Shown here: positions 47,848 through 62,249 of the stretch, one piece after another
Layout of the letters: each line of letters starts with the position of its first letter
Numbering within the stretch: the first letter of the stretch is position 1
Source of the DNA: an uncultured Acidimicrobiaceae bacterium
GTDB taxonomy: Bacteria > Actinomycetota > Acidimicrobiia > Acidimicrobiales > RAAP-2
Assembly: GCA_963783995.1 (NCBI GenBank)
Contig: CAWAPU010000001.1
Span: forward strand, 212,348 to 276,347
Length of the DNA stretch: 64,000 nt
Direction: 5' to 3'
Notes under the pieces: generated by a model
The model's input: the letters and a program-made list of their open reading frames with translations, nothing else
Databases searched by the model: none
What the model was told of the DNA's origin: nothing
Program-made: the position numbers and the translations under genes

Positions 47848-49296
47848 GTGCCGAGCCGGACGAGCAAGCCGAGCCCGACGAGCCCGACGGTCGAGGTGCT
47901 GCACGCGCCCGACGCCGAGGCACGTCAGCGCCGCGCCGCCGCCGCCCTGCTCGCCCGGGGTTGCACCCGAGGCGACCGCGTCGCGTTCTCACTCGGCTCG
48001 TCGGCCGACCTGATCTGCGCCGTCCTCGGCGCCGCCCGCGTCGGGCTCATCCCCGTCCTGTTGAACGTGACGCTGACGCCGGCCGAGCGCGACGCCCTCG
48101 CCGACGACGCAGAGCCGACGGTCCGCATCTTCGACGCCGCCGAGCTGTCCGCCCTCACCGCCGACGACGACGTGTCCGGCACCCACGCCGTCGACCTGGC
48201 GCCGTACCCCCTCACGCGCCCGATGCACTACACGTCGGGCACGACCGGGCGCCCGAAGGGAGTGACGACGGGACTCTGGGACGACGCCACCGCCCGTGCC
48301 GTCTACGAGGACGAGGCGGCGGTCTGGCACTTCGACCCGTCCGACCTGCACATGGTGTGTTCCCCGATGTACCACACCGTCTCCATCCGGTTCTCGAGCA
48401 ACACGTTGCTGGCCGGCGGGTCGCTCGCCATCCTCAGCCGTTTCGACGCCGGGACCGCGCTCGATACCCTGCGCCGACTCCGCCCGACCACCGCCTTCCT
48501 CGTCCCCACGCACCTCCAGCGCATCCTTCAGCACCCGAACCTCGGCGCCGAGGACGACGACGAGACCTTCGGCTCGTTGCGGTTGCTGGCGCACGCCGGG
48601 GCGCCGTGCCCCGAGTCCGTCAAACGGGCGACGATGGCGCGGGCCCGTCCGGGCGTCGTCTGGGAGTTCTACGGCTCGACGGAGGCGCAGTACACCGTCT
48701 GCCCGCCCGACGAGTGGCTCGAGCATCCCGGCACGGTCGGCCGGGCCCGTCCCGGTCGCCGCCTCGCCGTCGCGCCCGTCGACGACCACCCCGCCGAGCT
48801 CGTATACGAGGGCGGTCGGGAGGGGGCGATCTGGTGCGACCAACCCGACTTCGCCCGGTTCTCGTACTGGCGCGACCCGGAGGCGACGGCGCAGGCGTGG
48901 CGCGGGTCGGCCTGCACCGTCGGCGACCTCGGTCGCCTCGATAACGACGGGTTCCTCTACCTGACCGGCCGGCGGCACGACCTCATCATCAGCGGGGGCG
49001 TGAACGTGTACCCCGCCGAGGTCGAGAACGTGCTCGCGGCGGTGCCGGGGGTCCGGGAGGTCGCCGTGTTCGGCCTGCCCGACGAGCAGTGGGGCCAGCG
49101 GGTCTGCGCCGCCTACGTGGCCGAGGCCGCCGGCGCCGAGGATGCCCTGCGGGCCGCCGCCTCGTCCCGCCTCGCCCCGTACAAGCGGCCGAAGTCCTAC
49201 ATCGCCGCCCCGGACCTGCCCCATACCGCCACGGGGAAGCTGATGCGGCGGGCGGTCCCGCAGCACCTCGGTCTGGCGGAAGGGCCCGGCGGCTGA
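47848..49296 (+). CDS. AMP-dependent synthetase/ligase (acyl-CoA synthetase)
   Basis: 'MHYTSGTTGRPKGV', 'GDLGRLDNDGFLYLTGRRHDLIISGGVNVYPAEVE', 'TATGKLMRR'. The exact start is uncertain. Confidence 0.8.
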   Translation: MPSRTSKPSPTSPTVEVLHAPDAEARQRRAAAALLARGCTRGDRVAFSLGSSADLICAVLGAARVGLIPVLLNVTLTPAERDALADDAEPTVRIFDAAELSALTADDDVSGTHAVDLAPYPLTRPMHYTSGTTGRPKGVTTGLWDDATARAVYEDEAAVWHFDPSDLHMVCSPMYHTVSIRFSSNTLLAGGSLAILSRFDAGTALDTLRRLRPTTAFLVPTHLQRILQHPNLGAEDDDETFGSLRLLAHAGAPCPESVKRATMARARPGVVWEFYGSTEAQYTVCPPDEWLEHPGTVGRARPGRRLAVAPVDDHPAELVYEGGREGAIWCDQPDFARFSYWRDPEATAQAWRGSACTVGDLGRLDNDGFLYLTGRRHDLIISGGVNVYPAEVENVLAAVPGVREVAVFGLPDEQWGQRVCAAYVAEAAGAEDALRAAASSRLAPYKRPKSYIAAPDLPHTATGKLMRRAVPQHLGLAEGPGG

Positions 49297-49329
49297 CAAA
49301 AAACGGCCGGGGCCGGGTAAGACTGGGAC

Positions 49330-50696
49330 ATGCCCTTCGCCACGACCAACCCCGCCACCGGGAAGACGGAGAAGGAATTCCCGACCATGTCGCCGGCCGA
49401 GGTCGACGCCCTGCTCGACCGGGCGGTCGTCGCCTTCGAGACGTACCGGCGGACGACGTACGCCGAGCGGGCCCGGCACTTGCTCACGGCGGCCGAGCTG
49501 CTCGAGGGGGAGGTGCCCGACGTGGCGCGCATCCTCACGACCGAGATGGGCAAGACGTTCGCCGCCGCCAAGGCGGAGGTCTCCAAGTGCGCCGTGGCGC
49601 TGCGGTGGTTCGCCGAGAACGGGGAGCGGCTGCTGGGGGACGAGGTGATCGAGTCGAAGGCGTCGATGTCGTACGTGCACTACCAACCGCTCGGGCCCGT
49701 GCTGGCGGTCATGCCGTGGAACTTCCCGATGTGGCAGGTGATCCGCTTCGCCGCCCCGGCCTTGATGGTCGGCAACGTCGGGCTGTTGAAGCACGCGTCG
49801 AACGTGCCGCAGACGGCGTTGGCGATCGAGGACCTGTTCCGGCGGGCGGGGCTGCCCGACGGGGTGTTCACGAACCTGTTCGTCGAGTCGAAGGATGTGG
49901 CGGCGGTGATCGAGGATCCGAGGGTGGCGGCGGTAACGCTGACCGGGAGCGAGCGGGCCGGTATCTCGGTGGGGTCGGCCGCGGGGCGGGCGCTGAAGAA
50001 GAGCGTGCTCGAGCTCGGTGGCTCGGACCCCTTCGTCGTGCTCGGGTCGGCGGACATGGAGGCGTGCGTGCGGACGGCGGTGACCGCCCGGGTGCAGAAC
50101 AACGGGCAGTCGTGCATCGCCGCCAAGCGCTTCATCGTCGTCGACGAGGTGCTTCGATGAGTTCGAGGAGCGGTTCGTGGCGGCGATGGACGCGCTCGTG
50201 GTGGGCGACCCGTTCGAGCCGGCGGACCGACATCGGGCCGATCGTGACGGAGGCGCAGCGAGATGAACTGGTCAGCCAGGTCGCGGCGGCGGTGGCGCAG
50301 GGGGCGACGGTGCACGCCGGCGCGTCGGTCCCGGCGGGGGACGGCTGGTGGTTCGCGCCGACGGTCCTGTCGGGGGTGACGATGGACATGCCGGTGGCGC
50401 AGGAGGAGATCTTCGGGCCGGTGGCGCTCGTGATGCGGGTGCCGGACCTGGACCGGGCGATCCTGGTGGCGAACTCGACGACGTTCGGGCTGGGGTCGAG
50501 CGTGTGGACCGACGACCAGGGCGAGGCGCGGCGGTGTGTCGAGGAGATCGAGGCGGGGGCGGTGTTCGTCAACACGATGGTGGCGTCGACGGCGGAGCTG
50601 CCGTTCGGTGGCATCAAGCGCTCGGGCTACGGGCGCGAGCTGTCCGAGCTCGGGTTGAAGGAGTTCACCAACCCCAAGACGGTATGGATCGCCTGA
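49330..50696 (+). CDS. NAD(P)-dependent aldehyde dehydrogenase (succinate-semialdehyde dehydrogenase-like), two frame changes (about 50153 and 50225)
   Basis: 'WNFPMWQV', 'ELGGSDPFVV', 'NNGQSCIAAKRF' (ORF 49330..50160). Then 'DEFEERFVAAMDALVVGDPFEP' in a second frame. Then 'DIGPIVTEAQRDEL...EEIFGPVA...PFGGIKRSGYGRE' in the frame ending at 50696. Confidence 0.85.
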
Positions 50697-51872
50697 CCGC
50701 GTACTTGGATTGCGCGGCGACGACTGCGCTGCGTCCCGAGGTGGCGGCGGCGATGGCTGTCTGTCCACGAGCGTGCGCTCGGGAACCCGACGGGGAGCCA
50801 CCCGCCGGCGCAGCGGGCCCGGGCCTTGTTGGAGGACGCCCGGGACTCGGTGGCTGGCTTTTTGGGCCGGGACCCCGGCGAGATCGTCTTCACCTCCGGG
50901 GGGACCGAGTCGGCCAACCTCGCCGTGCTCGGCGTCGTGGAGGCGGCGTTGCGCTCGACCGGGGCGAGGCGGTCGTGCTGGCTTCGGCGATCGAGCACCC
51001 CGCCGTGCGCGAGTCGGCCCGGGCGACGGGGCTGATGGGCGCCGACGTGCGGGAGCTGCCGGTTGACTCGTGCGGCGTGCTCGACCTGGACGCGCTGGCC
51101 CGGGCTTTGTCGTCGAGGTGCACGGTGGTGGCGGTGATGACCGCGAACAACGAGACCGGCGTGATCCAGCCCGTGGCCGACGTCGTGGCGTCGGTGCGCC
51201 GGCGGGCGCCGGACGCCGTGGTGTTCACGGACGCGGTGCAGGCGGCGGCGTTACGTCGATGTGGCGGAGGTCGCGGGCGGCGCCGACCTGGTCGGGGTGA
51301 GCGCGCACAAGCTCGGCGGGCCCGTGGGCGTCGGCGCGCTGGCGGTGGGCGGGCGGGTGGCGCTGGTGCCGCGTCAGCACGGGGGCGGCCAGGAGCGCGA
51401 GCGGCGCAGCGGCACCCAGGACGTGGCCGGTGCGGTGGGGATGGCGACGGCGATGCAGCTCGTGGCGAAGGAACGGACGGCGGCCGCGGCCCGGGTCACG
51501 GCGTTGCGGGACCGGTTGGCCGACGGGCTGTTGGCGGCGGTGCCGTGGGCGCACCGCACGGTGCCGACGGACGGGGACGCGGGTGCCGGTGTCGCGGTGC
51601 TCCCGGGGCACCTTCACCTGTGCCTGCCCGAGGTGGACCGGGAGGAGCTGCTCGTCGCGCTGGGCGCGGAGGGCGTCTGCGTCTCGGGGGGCTCGTCGTG
51701 CGCCAGCGGCGCCCTCGAGCCGAGCCACGTGCTCGCCGCCATGGGGGTCGAGCCCGGGTTGGCGGGCGGGGCGGTGCGCTTCAGCCTGGGCTACGAGACG
51801 TCGGACGCCGACGTCGATCGCGCCCTCGCCGTGGTGCCCGGCGTGGCCGCTCGGCTGCGCCGAACCGTCTGA
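50684..51872 (+). CDS. iscS: Cysteine desulfurase (IscS/NifS family), three frame changes (about 50762, 50948, 51252)
   Basis: 'MDRLTAYLDCAATTALRPEV', 'HERALGNPTGSHPPAQRARALLEDARDSVAGFLG...IVFTSGGTESANLAV', 'VVLASAIEHPAV...TANNETGVIQP', 'VSAHKLGGPVGVGAL', 'SGGSSCASG'. The segments alternate between two frames (ORFs 50348..51976, 50826..51035, 51261..51872). Confidence 0.85.
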
Positions 51873-51899
51873 GCCCGGTGGCACACTGTGGCGGTGTCC

Positions 51900-55069
<3,170 letters not shown>

Positions 55070-55138
55070 CACGGGGGCGTGCAGGTCGGGGGGTGTCCAC
55101 CGGACGGGGCCGCGATGTCGGTAGCCTGAAACCGCCCG

Positions 55139-57160
55139 ATGCCCCTGATATCTGATTCCATCGGCCGGGTCCTTGGGAAGCGGTACCGGCTGCTCTCCGC
55201 TCTGGGCACCGGCTCTTCGGCGCACGTCTATCTGGCCGAGGACGTGTCGCTCCAGCGGCACGTCGCGGTCAAGGTGCTGCAGCCGGGTTTGGCGGCCGAC
55301 GAGGCCTTCCTGAAGCGCTTCCGGGCCGAGGCGCGCTCGGTGGCGTCGCTCAACCACCCCCACGTGTTGAGAGTGTTCGACTGGGGCGAGGAGAACGACG
55401 AGCCCTATTTGGTGTTGGAGTACCTGGGGGGCGGGTCGCTGCGGGACCTCGAGGACCGGGGCATCAGGCTGTCGCACGCGCAGGCGGCGCAGCTGGGGGC
55501 GGAGGTGTCGCAGGGCCTGGCGTACGCGCACCTGCGGGGGCTGGTGCATCGCGACATCAAGCCGGCGAACCTCTTGTTCGACGAGGAGGGACGGGTCCGG
55601 ATTGCGGACTTCGGCGTGGCCCGTGCCCTGGCCGAGGCAGCGTGGACCGAGCCAGCGGGGGCGATGGTGGGGACGGCTCGCTACATCTCGCCCGAGGCGG
55701 CGGAGGGCAAGTCGGTGGACGGGAAGGCCGACGTCTACTCGCTGGCGCTGGTCCTGTACGAGGCGGTGACGGGGTCGGTGCCCTTCGTGACGGATACGAC
55801 TATGGGGACACTGGCCGCCCGGATCGGGCAGCCGTTGCCGCACGACCCCTTGTTGGGACCCTTGGACGACGTGCTGGCCCGTGCGGCCGCGCCCGACTCG
55901 ACGGCGCGTCTCGACGCGGCCGGGGTGGGGGCGCGCCTCGGTGCGCTGGCCTCGGCGTTGCCGACGCCGGCCCCGCTGCCGCTGGTGTTCCCGCATCTGG
56001 AGCGTTCGGCGCCGATCTCGGGCTTCCACGCGCCGGGCGTGGGCGAGCTGACCGACTCGGGGGCGACGGCGGTCGTGGCCGGCGCCGGGGCGGCGGCGAT
56101 CTCGGCGACGGCGGTGGCGCCGCTGCCGGGTGCGCCGGTCGGCACCAGGGCCGGGCCCGGGGAGATCTTCGACGCGGAGCCGCTCGGCGGCGCGGCGGCG
56201 ACCGCAGCGGCGGCGGGCGACGGCGGCGGGGCGCCCAAACGTCGTCGCGGTGGATTGCCGGGTGGCGGCAAGACGTGGGCCATCGTGGCCGGGGTGGTGG
56301 CGGCCGTGCTGCTGGCGGCGGGCCTGGCCGTGGCGTTCGGGACGAACGTGTTCACGGCGTCGCACCCGACGCCGACGCTGACCAACCTGACCGTGGCGCA
56401 GGCCAAGACGGAGCTGGCGAAGGTCCACATGGACCTGGCCCAGGGGCCGCCGGCGAAGTCGATCACGGTGGGCTCGGGCGACATCGTGTCGCAGACCCCC
56501 AAGGCCGGGGTCTCGGCCAAGGAGGGCACGACCGTCACGGTGGTGGTGTCGGACGGGCCGCCCAACGTGACGGTGCCCAACCTGGCGGGCATGACGTGTG
56601 CCCAGGCGACGACGGCGCTGCAGGCGGCGCACTTCAAGTCGGTCTGCGCGCCGGGGACGTACAACAACAACATCGCGGCCGGCGTGCTCGATCTGTGGTC
56701 GATCGGGTCGACCCCGAACCCGACGAAGGCGCCCTACGGGGCGACGATCACGCTGGTGCCCTCGCTCGGGCACCAACCGGCGACGGTGCCGAGCATCCCG
56801 ACGAGCTACTCGTTCGCCCAGGCGCAGGCGGCGCTGCAGGCGGTGGGCCTGACGGCGACGCAGAACAACGAGCCGAACGCGACCGTGCCGCAGGGACAGG
56901 TCATATCGACGTCGCCGGCGAGCGGGGCGCAGGCGCCCTACGGCTCCGCGGTGACGGTGAACGTGTCGACGGGCCCGCCGACCGTGCAGGTGCCGAACGT
57001 GCAGGATGACACGGTGCAACAAGCCACGACCGCGCTCCAGGGCGCCGGTCTGAGCGTCTCGGGCGTGTCGGGCAACCCGAACAACAACGTGACGGGGACG
57101 CAGCCCTCTTTCGGCTCCACGGTGCCGACGGGCTCGTCGGTCCAGCTGTTCACGCACTGA
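55139..57160 (+). CDS. Ser/Thr protein kinase with TM segment and four extracellular PASTA domains
   Basis: 'YRLLSALGTGSSAHVYLA...VAVKVL', 'HRDIKPANLL', 'IADFGVA'. TM 'WAIVAGVVAAVLLAAGLAVAF'. Four 'P(N/S)(L/I/V)...(A/V)..L...G(L/F)' PASTA-like units. Confidence 0.9.
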   Translation: MPLISDSIGRVLGKRYRLLSALGTGSSAHVYLAEDVSLQRHVAVKVLQPGLAADEAFLKRFRAEARSVASLNHPHVLRVFDWGEENDEPYLVLEYLGGGSLRDLEDRGIRLSHAQAAQLGAEVSQGLAYAHLRGLVHRDIKPANLLFDEEGRVRIADFGVARALAEAAWTEPAGAMVGTARYISPEAAEGKSVDGKADVYSLALVLYEAVTGSVPFVTDTTMGTLAARIGQPLPHDPLLGPLDDVLARAAAPDSTARLDAAGVGARLGALASALPTPAPLPLVFPHLERSAPISGFHAPGVGELTDSGATAVVAGAGAAAISATAVAPLPGAPVGTRAGPGEIFDAEPLGGAAATAAAAGDGGGAPKRRRGGLPGGGKTWAIVAGVVAAVLLAAGLAVAFGTNVFTASHPTPTLTNLTVAQAKTELAKVHMDLAQGPPAKSITVGSGDIVSQTPKAGVSAKEGTTVTVVVSDGPPNVTVPNLAGMTCAQATTALQAAHFKSVCAPGTYNNNIAAGVLDLWSIGSTPNPTKAPYGATITLVPSLGHQPATVPSIPTSYSFAQAQAALQAVGLTATQNNEPNATVPQGQVISTSPASGAQAPYGSAVTVNVSTGPPTVQVPNVQDDTVQQATTALQGAGLSVSGVSGNPNNNVTGTQPSFGSTVPTGSSVQLFTH

Positions 57161-57185
57161 GCTGTGGTGACGAGGTGAAGAGCTG

Positions 57186-57503
57186 ATGACGGCGCTGCCG
57201 TTCGACCCCAACTGCGACCTCTGCGAGGCGGCGCGCCTCTCGGAGTGGCACCACGAGGACGACGTGTGCTGGGTGGCCGACTGCGAGGTGTGCGGCGTGC
57301 CGATGGTGGTGTGGAAGCATCACGGGCCGACGCCGCCCGACGACGACGTGGCGCACATGATGGACGAGCTGACCCGGGTGGCGGACGCGCGTTTCGGACC
57401 CGGCGAGTGGTCGGTCGACCGGGTGATGCGCCAGATCCCGAACCACTTCCACGCGCACGGCCGGGACCCGAACTGGTGGTTCCGCCTACGCGGACTGCGC
57501 TGA
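57186..57503 (+). CDS. Conserved-looking small Cys/His-rich protein of unknown function
   Basis: 105 aa: 'CDLCEAARLSEWHHEDDVCWVADCEVCGVPMVVWKHHG...HFHAHGRDPNWW'. Two CxxC pairs suggest metal binding. No family recognised. Confidence 0.5.
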   Translation: MTALPFDPNCDLCEAARLSEWHHEDDVCWVADCEVCGVPMVVWKHHGPTPPDDDVAHMMDELTRVADARFGPGEWSVDRVMRQIPNHFHAHGRDPNWWFRLRGLR

Positions 57504-57583
57504 CAACCTGACGACCTGACGGTCGTCGGAGGTCCCCGGACGCGGAGGGGGCCCCAAATTGGCCGCCGGTAGGGTGGCGCCCG

Positions 57584-59203
57584 ATGGAGGCGTCCCCGGT
57601 CGATCATTCGGACGCGCTCCTCGACCCGCTCGCCGACCCCGGCGGCGGGGCCATGGGGACCCTGGGGGACGGATCAGTCGAGACGAACTGGTTCTCGCTG
57701 CTCCACCGGCGCGTCACGGACCGCGCGGTCCGGAGTCCCAGGTATCAGTGGTGGGCCCTGATCGCGCTGTTGTCCGGGCTGCTCGCCCTCAACATCACCT
57801 TCACGGTGTTCGTGGTCGCCCTGCCCACGGTCAAGGCGGACTTCCACACGAACTTCTCGGTGTTGGCCTGGGCCTCGACGGGGCCGCTGCTCGCCTTCGG
57901 CGTGGCGGCGCCGTTCTTCGGCAAGGCCGGCGACCTGTTCGGCCACCGTCGCCTCTACCAGTTCGGGCTGCTGGGGGCGATGGTGAGTGCGGTGCTGACG
58001 GCGACGGCGCCCGATGTCGGCATGCTCCTCTTCGCCCGCGCCCTCGACGGCGTCCAGGGCGCGGCGACCGGCACGGCGTCGATGGCGATCATCCTCGAGA
58101 TGTTCGCCCCGGCGGACCGGGTCAAGGCGCTCGGCTGGTGGTCACTGGTCGGGGCGGGTGGACCCGTCCTGGGCGTCACGCTGGGCTCGCCGGTGATCCA
58201 GTACTTCGGGTGGCGCACGCTGTTCTGGGGCCAGCTCGTGTTGTTGGTCGTGGCGTCGGTGGTGGTGGCTGTGCTGTTGCCGACGCGCCGCAAGGCTCGG
58301 GTCGAGCCGGAGAACGTGCCCACCGACGGGAACAAGACGAAGCGGTCGAACGTCTGGCAGGGCATGGACTGGGTCGGCAGCTGGAGCCTCGCCGGCGGTG
58401 TGACCGCCGCCATGCTCGTCTTGAGCATCGGGCCCATCGCCGGCTGGACCTCGATCGGGGTGGTCGTCTCGGGCGTCGTCGCGGTCGCGCTCGGCGTCAC
58501 CTTCGTGTGGCGTGAAGCCACGTTCGCCACGCCGCTCATCCCGACGACCTACTGGCGCCGCCGCAACTTCATGTTCCCGATGGGCACCAAGGCGTTCACG
58601 AGCTTCGCCTACTTCGGCGGGTTCTTCCTCTTCCCGCTGCTCATGGAGCAGGTCTACGGCTACAGCGTGTCCCAGGTGGGCTTCTTGTCGGTGGCCCGAC
58701 CCCTGGTGTTCGCGATCAGCGCGCCGATCGCCGGCTACATGACGATCCGGACGGGGGAGCGCAACGCGACGATCTTCGGGACCGTGGCCTTGTTGATCTC
58801 GATGGTGATCTTCGCGACGCTCGGCGCATCCTCGGCCGTCGTCGTCGTGGTGGTCGCGTTGGCTCTGTCGGGTCTCGGCATGGGCGTGTCGATGCCGGCG
58901 ACCTCGTCGACGATGTCAAACGAGGTGGCCGAGTCCGAGTACGGCGTGATGAGCGCCGCGTCGTTGCTGGCGGCGCAGGTCGGCGAGGTGGCCGGGATCC
59001 AGCTCGTGCTGACGATTCAGGAGTCGATCGCCAAGAACGAAGGCCTCGGCAACGTGCACCACAGCACGGCGCTGCTGCACAGCTTCAGCGTGCCGTTCTG
59101 GGTGGGCACGGCGGTGGCCGCGCTGGCGGTCGTCTGCGCGCTGTTCATCCGGCCGCTCCCGCGCTCGGCGCGGACGGCGCAGTTGGTGGCCGACCCGGCC
59201 TGA
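57584..59203 (+). CDS. MFS transporter (DHA2/EmrB-like, about 14 TM segments)
   Basis: 539 aa, many hydrophobic helices. 'GKAGDLFGHRRLY' is an MFS motif-A-like loop. 'LDGVQGAATGTASMAII'. Confidence 0.85.
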   Translation: MEASPVDHSDALLDPLADPGGGAMGTLGDGSVETNWFSLLHRRVTDRAVRSPRYQWWALIALLSGLLALNITFTVFVVALPTVKADFHTNFSVLAWASTGPLLAFGVAAPFFGKAGDLFGHRRLYQFGLLGAMVSAVLTATAPDVGMLLFARALDGVQGAATGTASMAIILEMFAPADRVKALGWWSLVGAGGPVLGVTLGSPVIQYFGWRTLFWGQLVLLVVASVVVAVLLPTRRKARVEPENVPTDGNKTKRSNVWQGMDWVGSWSLAGGVTAAMLVLSIGPIAGWTSIGVVVSGVVAVALGVTFVWREATFATPLIPTTYWRRRNFMFPMGTKAFTSFAYFGGFFLFPLLMEQVYGYSVSQVGFLSVARPLVFAISAPIAGYMTIRTGERNATIFGTVALLISMVIFATLGASSAVVVVVVALALSGLGMGVSMPATSSTMSNEVAESEYGVMSAASLLAAQVGEVAGIQLVLTIQESIAKNEGLGNVHHSTALLHSFSVPFWVGTAVAALAVVCALFIRPLPRSARTAQLVADPA

Positions 59204-59218
59204 CCGACTTGGCCCGGG

Positions 59219-59632
59219 CTACTCGGTGATGTCGCGCAGGCGCGTGGCCATCTCGGCAGCCGACGAGTCGGCTGCCGCCGGGGTGGCCTGGAGCGCCATG
59301 AGCTTGGCCATGTCCCCCTCGACGCGCACCTTGCCGGCCATGAAGGCCTGCATGCCGGCTTGCGGGTTCCCGTCGATCAGGATCGCCTTCGCCGTGTCGT
59401 AGTCGACGGTCACCTTGAGGTCCTGCGTCTCGAGGTGACCGGTGTCGAGGACCATCTCGCCGCTCGAGGTGTCCATGTGGGCGAGGATGTCCTCGTCGGA
59501 GAAGGGGACCGCGGTCACGACCAGGTTCATGCGGACGGAGTGGGCGATCGGCGGGGTCTTGCCCTCGAACTCGGCGCGGATGGCGCGCGCCTCGTCCAGC
59601 CAAGCGTCGCTGAGGAACGGATACGACGGCAT
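59219..59632 (-). CDS. SCP2 sterol-binding-domain protein
   Basis: 137 aa from ATG 59632: 'FLSDAWLDEARAI...', 'DYDTAKAILIDGNPQAGMQAFMAGKVRVEGDMAKLMAL'. Confidence 0.8.
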   Translation of the reverse strand: MPSYPFLSDAWLDEARAIRAEFEGKTPPIAHSVRMNLVVTAVPFSDEDILAHMDTSSGEMVLDTGHLETQDLKVTVDYDTAKAILIDGNPQAGMQAFMAGKVRVEGDMAKLMALQATPAAADSSAAEMATRLRDITE

Positions 59633-59758
59633 GTGGGTGTGCTCCTTACGTGTTCTCTCGGTCGTGGTGGGACCTCGTTCGCCCCGCCCCGGAGCCTGTT
59701 GGCCGCCGGAACCATACCCTTCCCGACAGTAGGCTGCCGATTCGTGACGCATCCCATC

Positions 59759-60508
59759 ATGCCCGGTGCAGAGCCATATTCGGCGACCGGCGACGCCCGC
59801 GGCGCGTTGGTCCTCCACGGCTTCACCGGCAACCCCCAGTCCATGCGCGGCCTGGCGCTCGCCATGGCCGACGCGGGGTTCACGGTCGAGCTGCCCCTGC
59901 TCCCCGGACACGGCACGGACGTCTCCGACATGGTGCCGACGCGCTGGCCGCAGTGGTGTGAGGCCACCGCCGACGCGTACACCGCGCTGGCGGCCCGTTG
60001 CGACGCCGTCGTGGTCATCGGCCTGTCGATGGGAGGGAGCCTGGCCGTGTGGCTGGCCGAGCATCACCCCGAGATCGCCGCCCTCTCGCTCGTCAACCCG
60101 CTCGTGACGCCGCCCGACGCGGCGACGACCGACTTCATCCAGGCGATGATCGATGCCGGCGACGCGGTGGCGCCGGGCATCGGCTCGGACATCGCGCTGG
60201 AGGGCGCGGTCGAGTCCGCCTACCCCGAGCTGCCGCTGCAGGCCGCCCTGTCGCTCTTCGAGGGGGTGGCCGAGGTCGAGGCGCTCCTCGGGTCCGTGAC
60301 GTGCCCGGTACTTCTCTTCTCCAGCACCCAGGACCACGTCGTCGACCCCAAGTCGGGCGAGGTGCTGAAGGCCGGCGTGAAGGGCCCCCTCGAGCAGGTG
60401 GTCCTGGAGCGGAGCTTTCACGTGGCGACGCTCGACTACGACAAGGACGAGATCGAGACCCGTACCGTCGAGTTCCTCACCGGCGTGCTCCCCCCGACGC
60501 GTCCGTGA
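59759..60508 (+). CDS. Alpha/beta hydrolase (carboxylesterase/lipase-like)
   Basis: '[18 protein letters not shown]', nucleophile elbow 'GLSMGGSLA', '[10 protein letters not shown]'. GTG 59744 is an alternative start. Confidence 0.8.
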   Translation: MPGAEPYSATGDARGALVLHGFTGNPQSMRGLALAMADAGFTVELPLLPGHGTDVSDMVPTRWPQWCEATADAYTALAARCDAVVVIGLSMGGSLAVWLAEHHPEIAALSLVNPLVTPPDAATTDFIQAMIDAGDAVAPGIGSDIALEGAVESAYPELPLQAALSLFEGVAEVEALLGSVTCPVLLFSSTQDHVVDPKSGEVLKAGVKGPLEQVVLERSFHVATLDYDKDEIETRTVEFLTGVLPPTRP

Positions 60509-60830
60509 CCGGGCCCGCCGACAAGGACGCGGCCCCACGCTCGCTCAGCCGGGAGGACGTGGTGCACGTCGCCCACCTGGCGCGCCTGGACCTGAGCGAC
60601 GACGAGGTCGAGCTCTTCACCTCGCAGCTGCGCACGGTGCTCGACCACGCCGCCGACGTGGCGGCGCTCGACCTGTCCCATCTGCCGCCTTCGTCGCACC
60701 CGATCGCGCTCGACAACGTGCTGCGGCCCGACGAGGTTCGCCCCAGCCTCGACCGCGACGAGGTGCTGGCGGCCGCGCCTTCGGTGGAGGACGACCGCTT
60801 CAAGGTGCCGCGGATCGGCGCGGAGGCGCC

Positions 60831-60834
<4 letters not shown>
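60505..60834 (+). CDS. gatC: Asp/Glu-tRNA(Asn/Gln) amidotransferase subunit C
   Basis: GTGA overlap. '[38 protein letters not shown]'. Confidence 0.9.
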
Positions 60835-62245
<1,411 letters not shown>

Positions 62246-62249
<4 letters not shown>

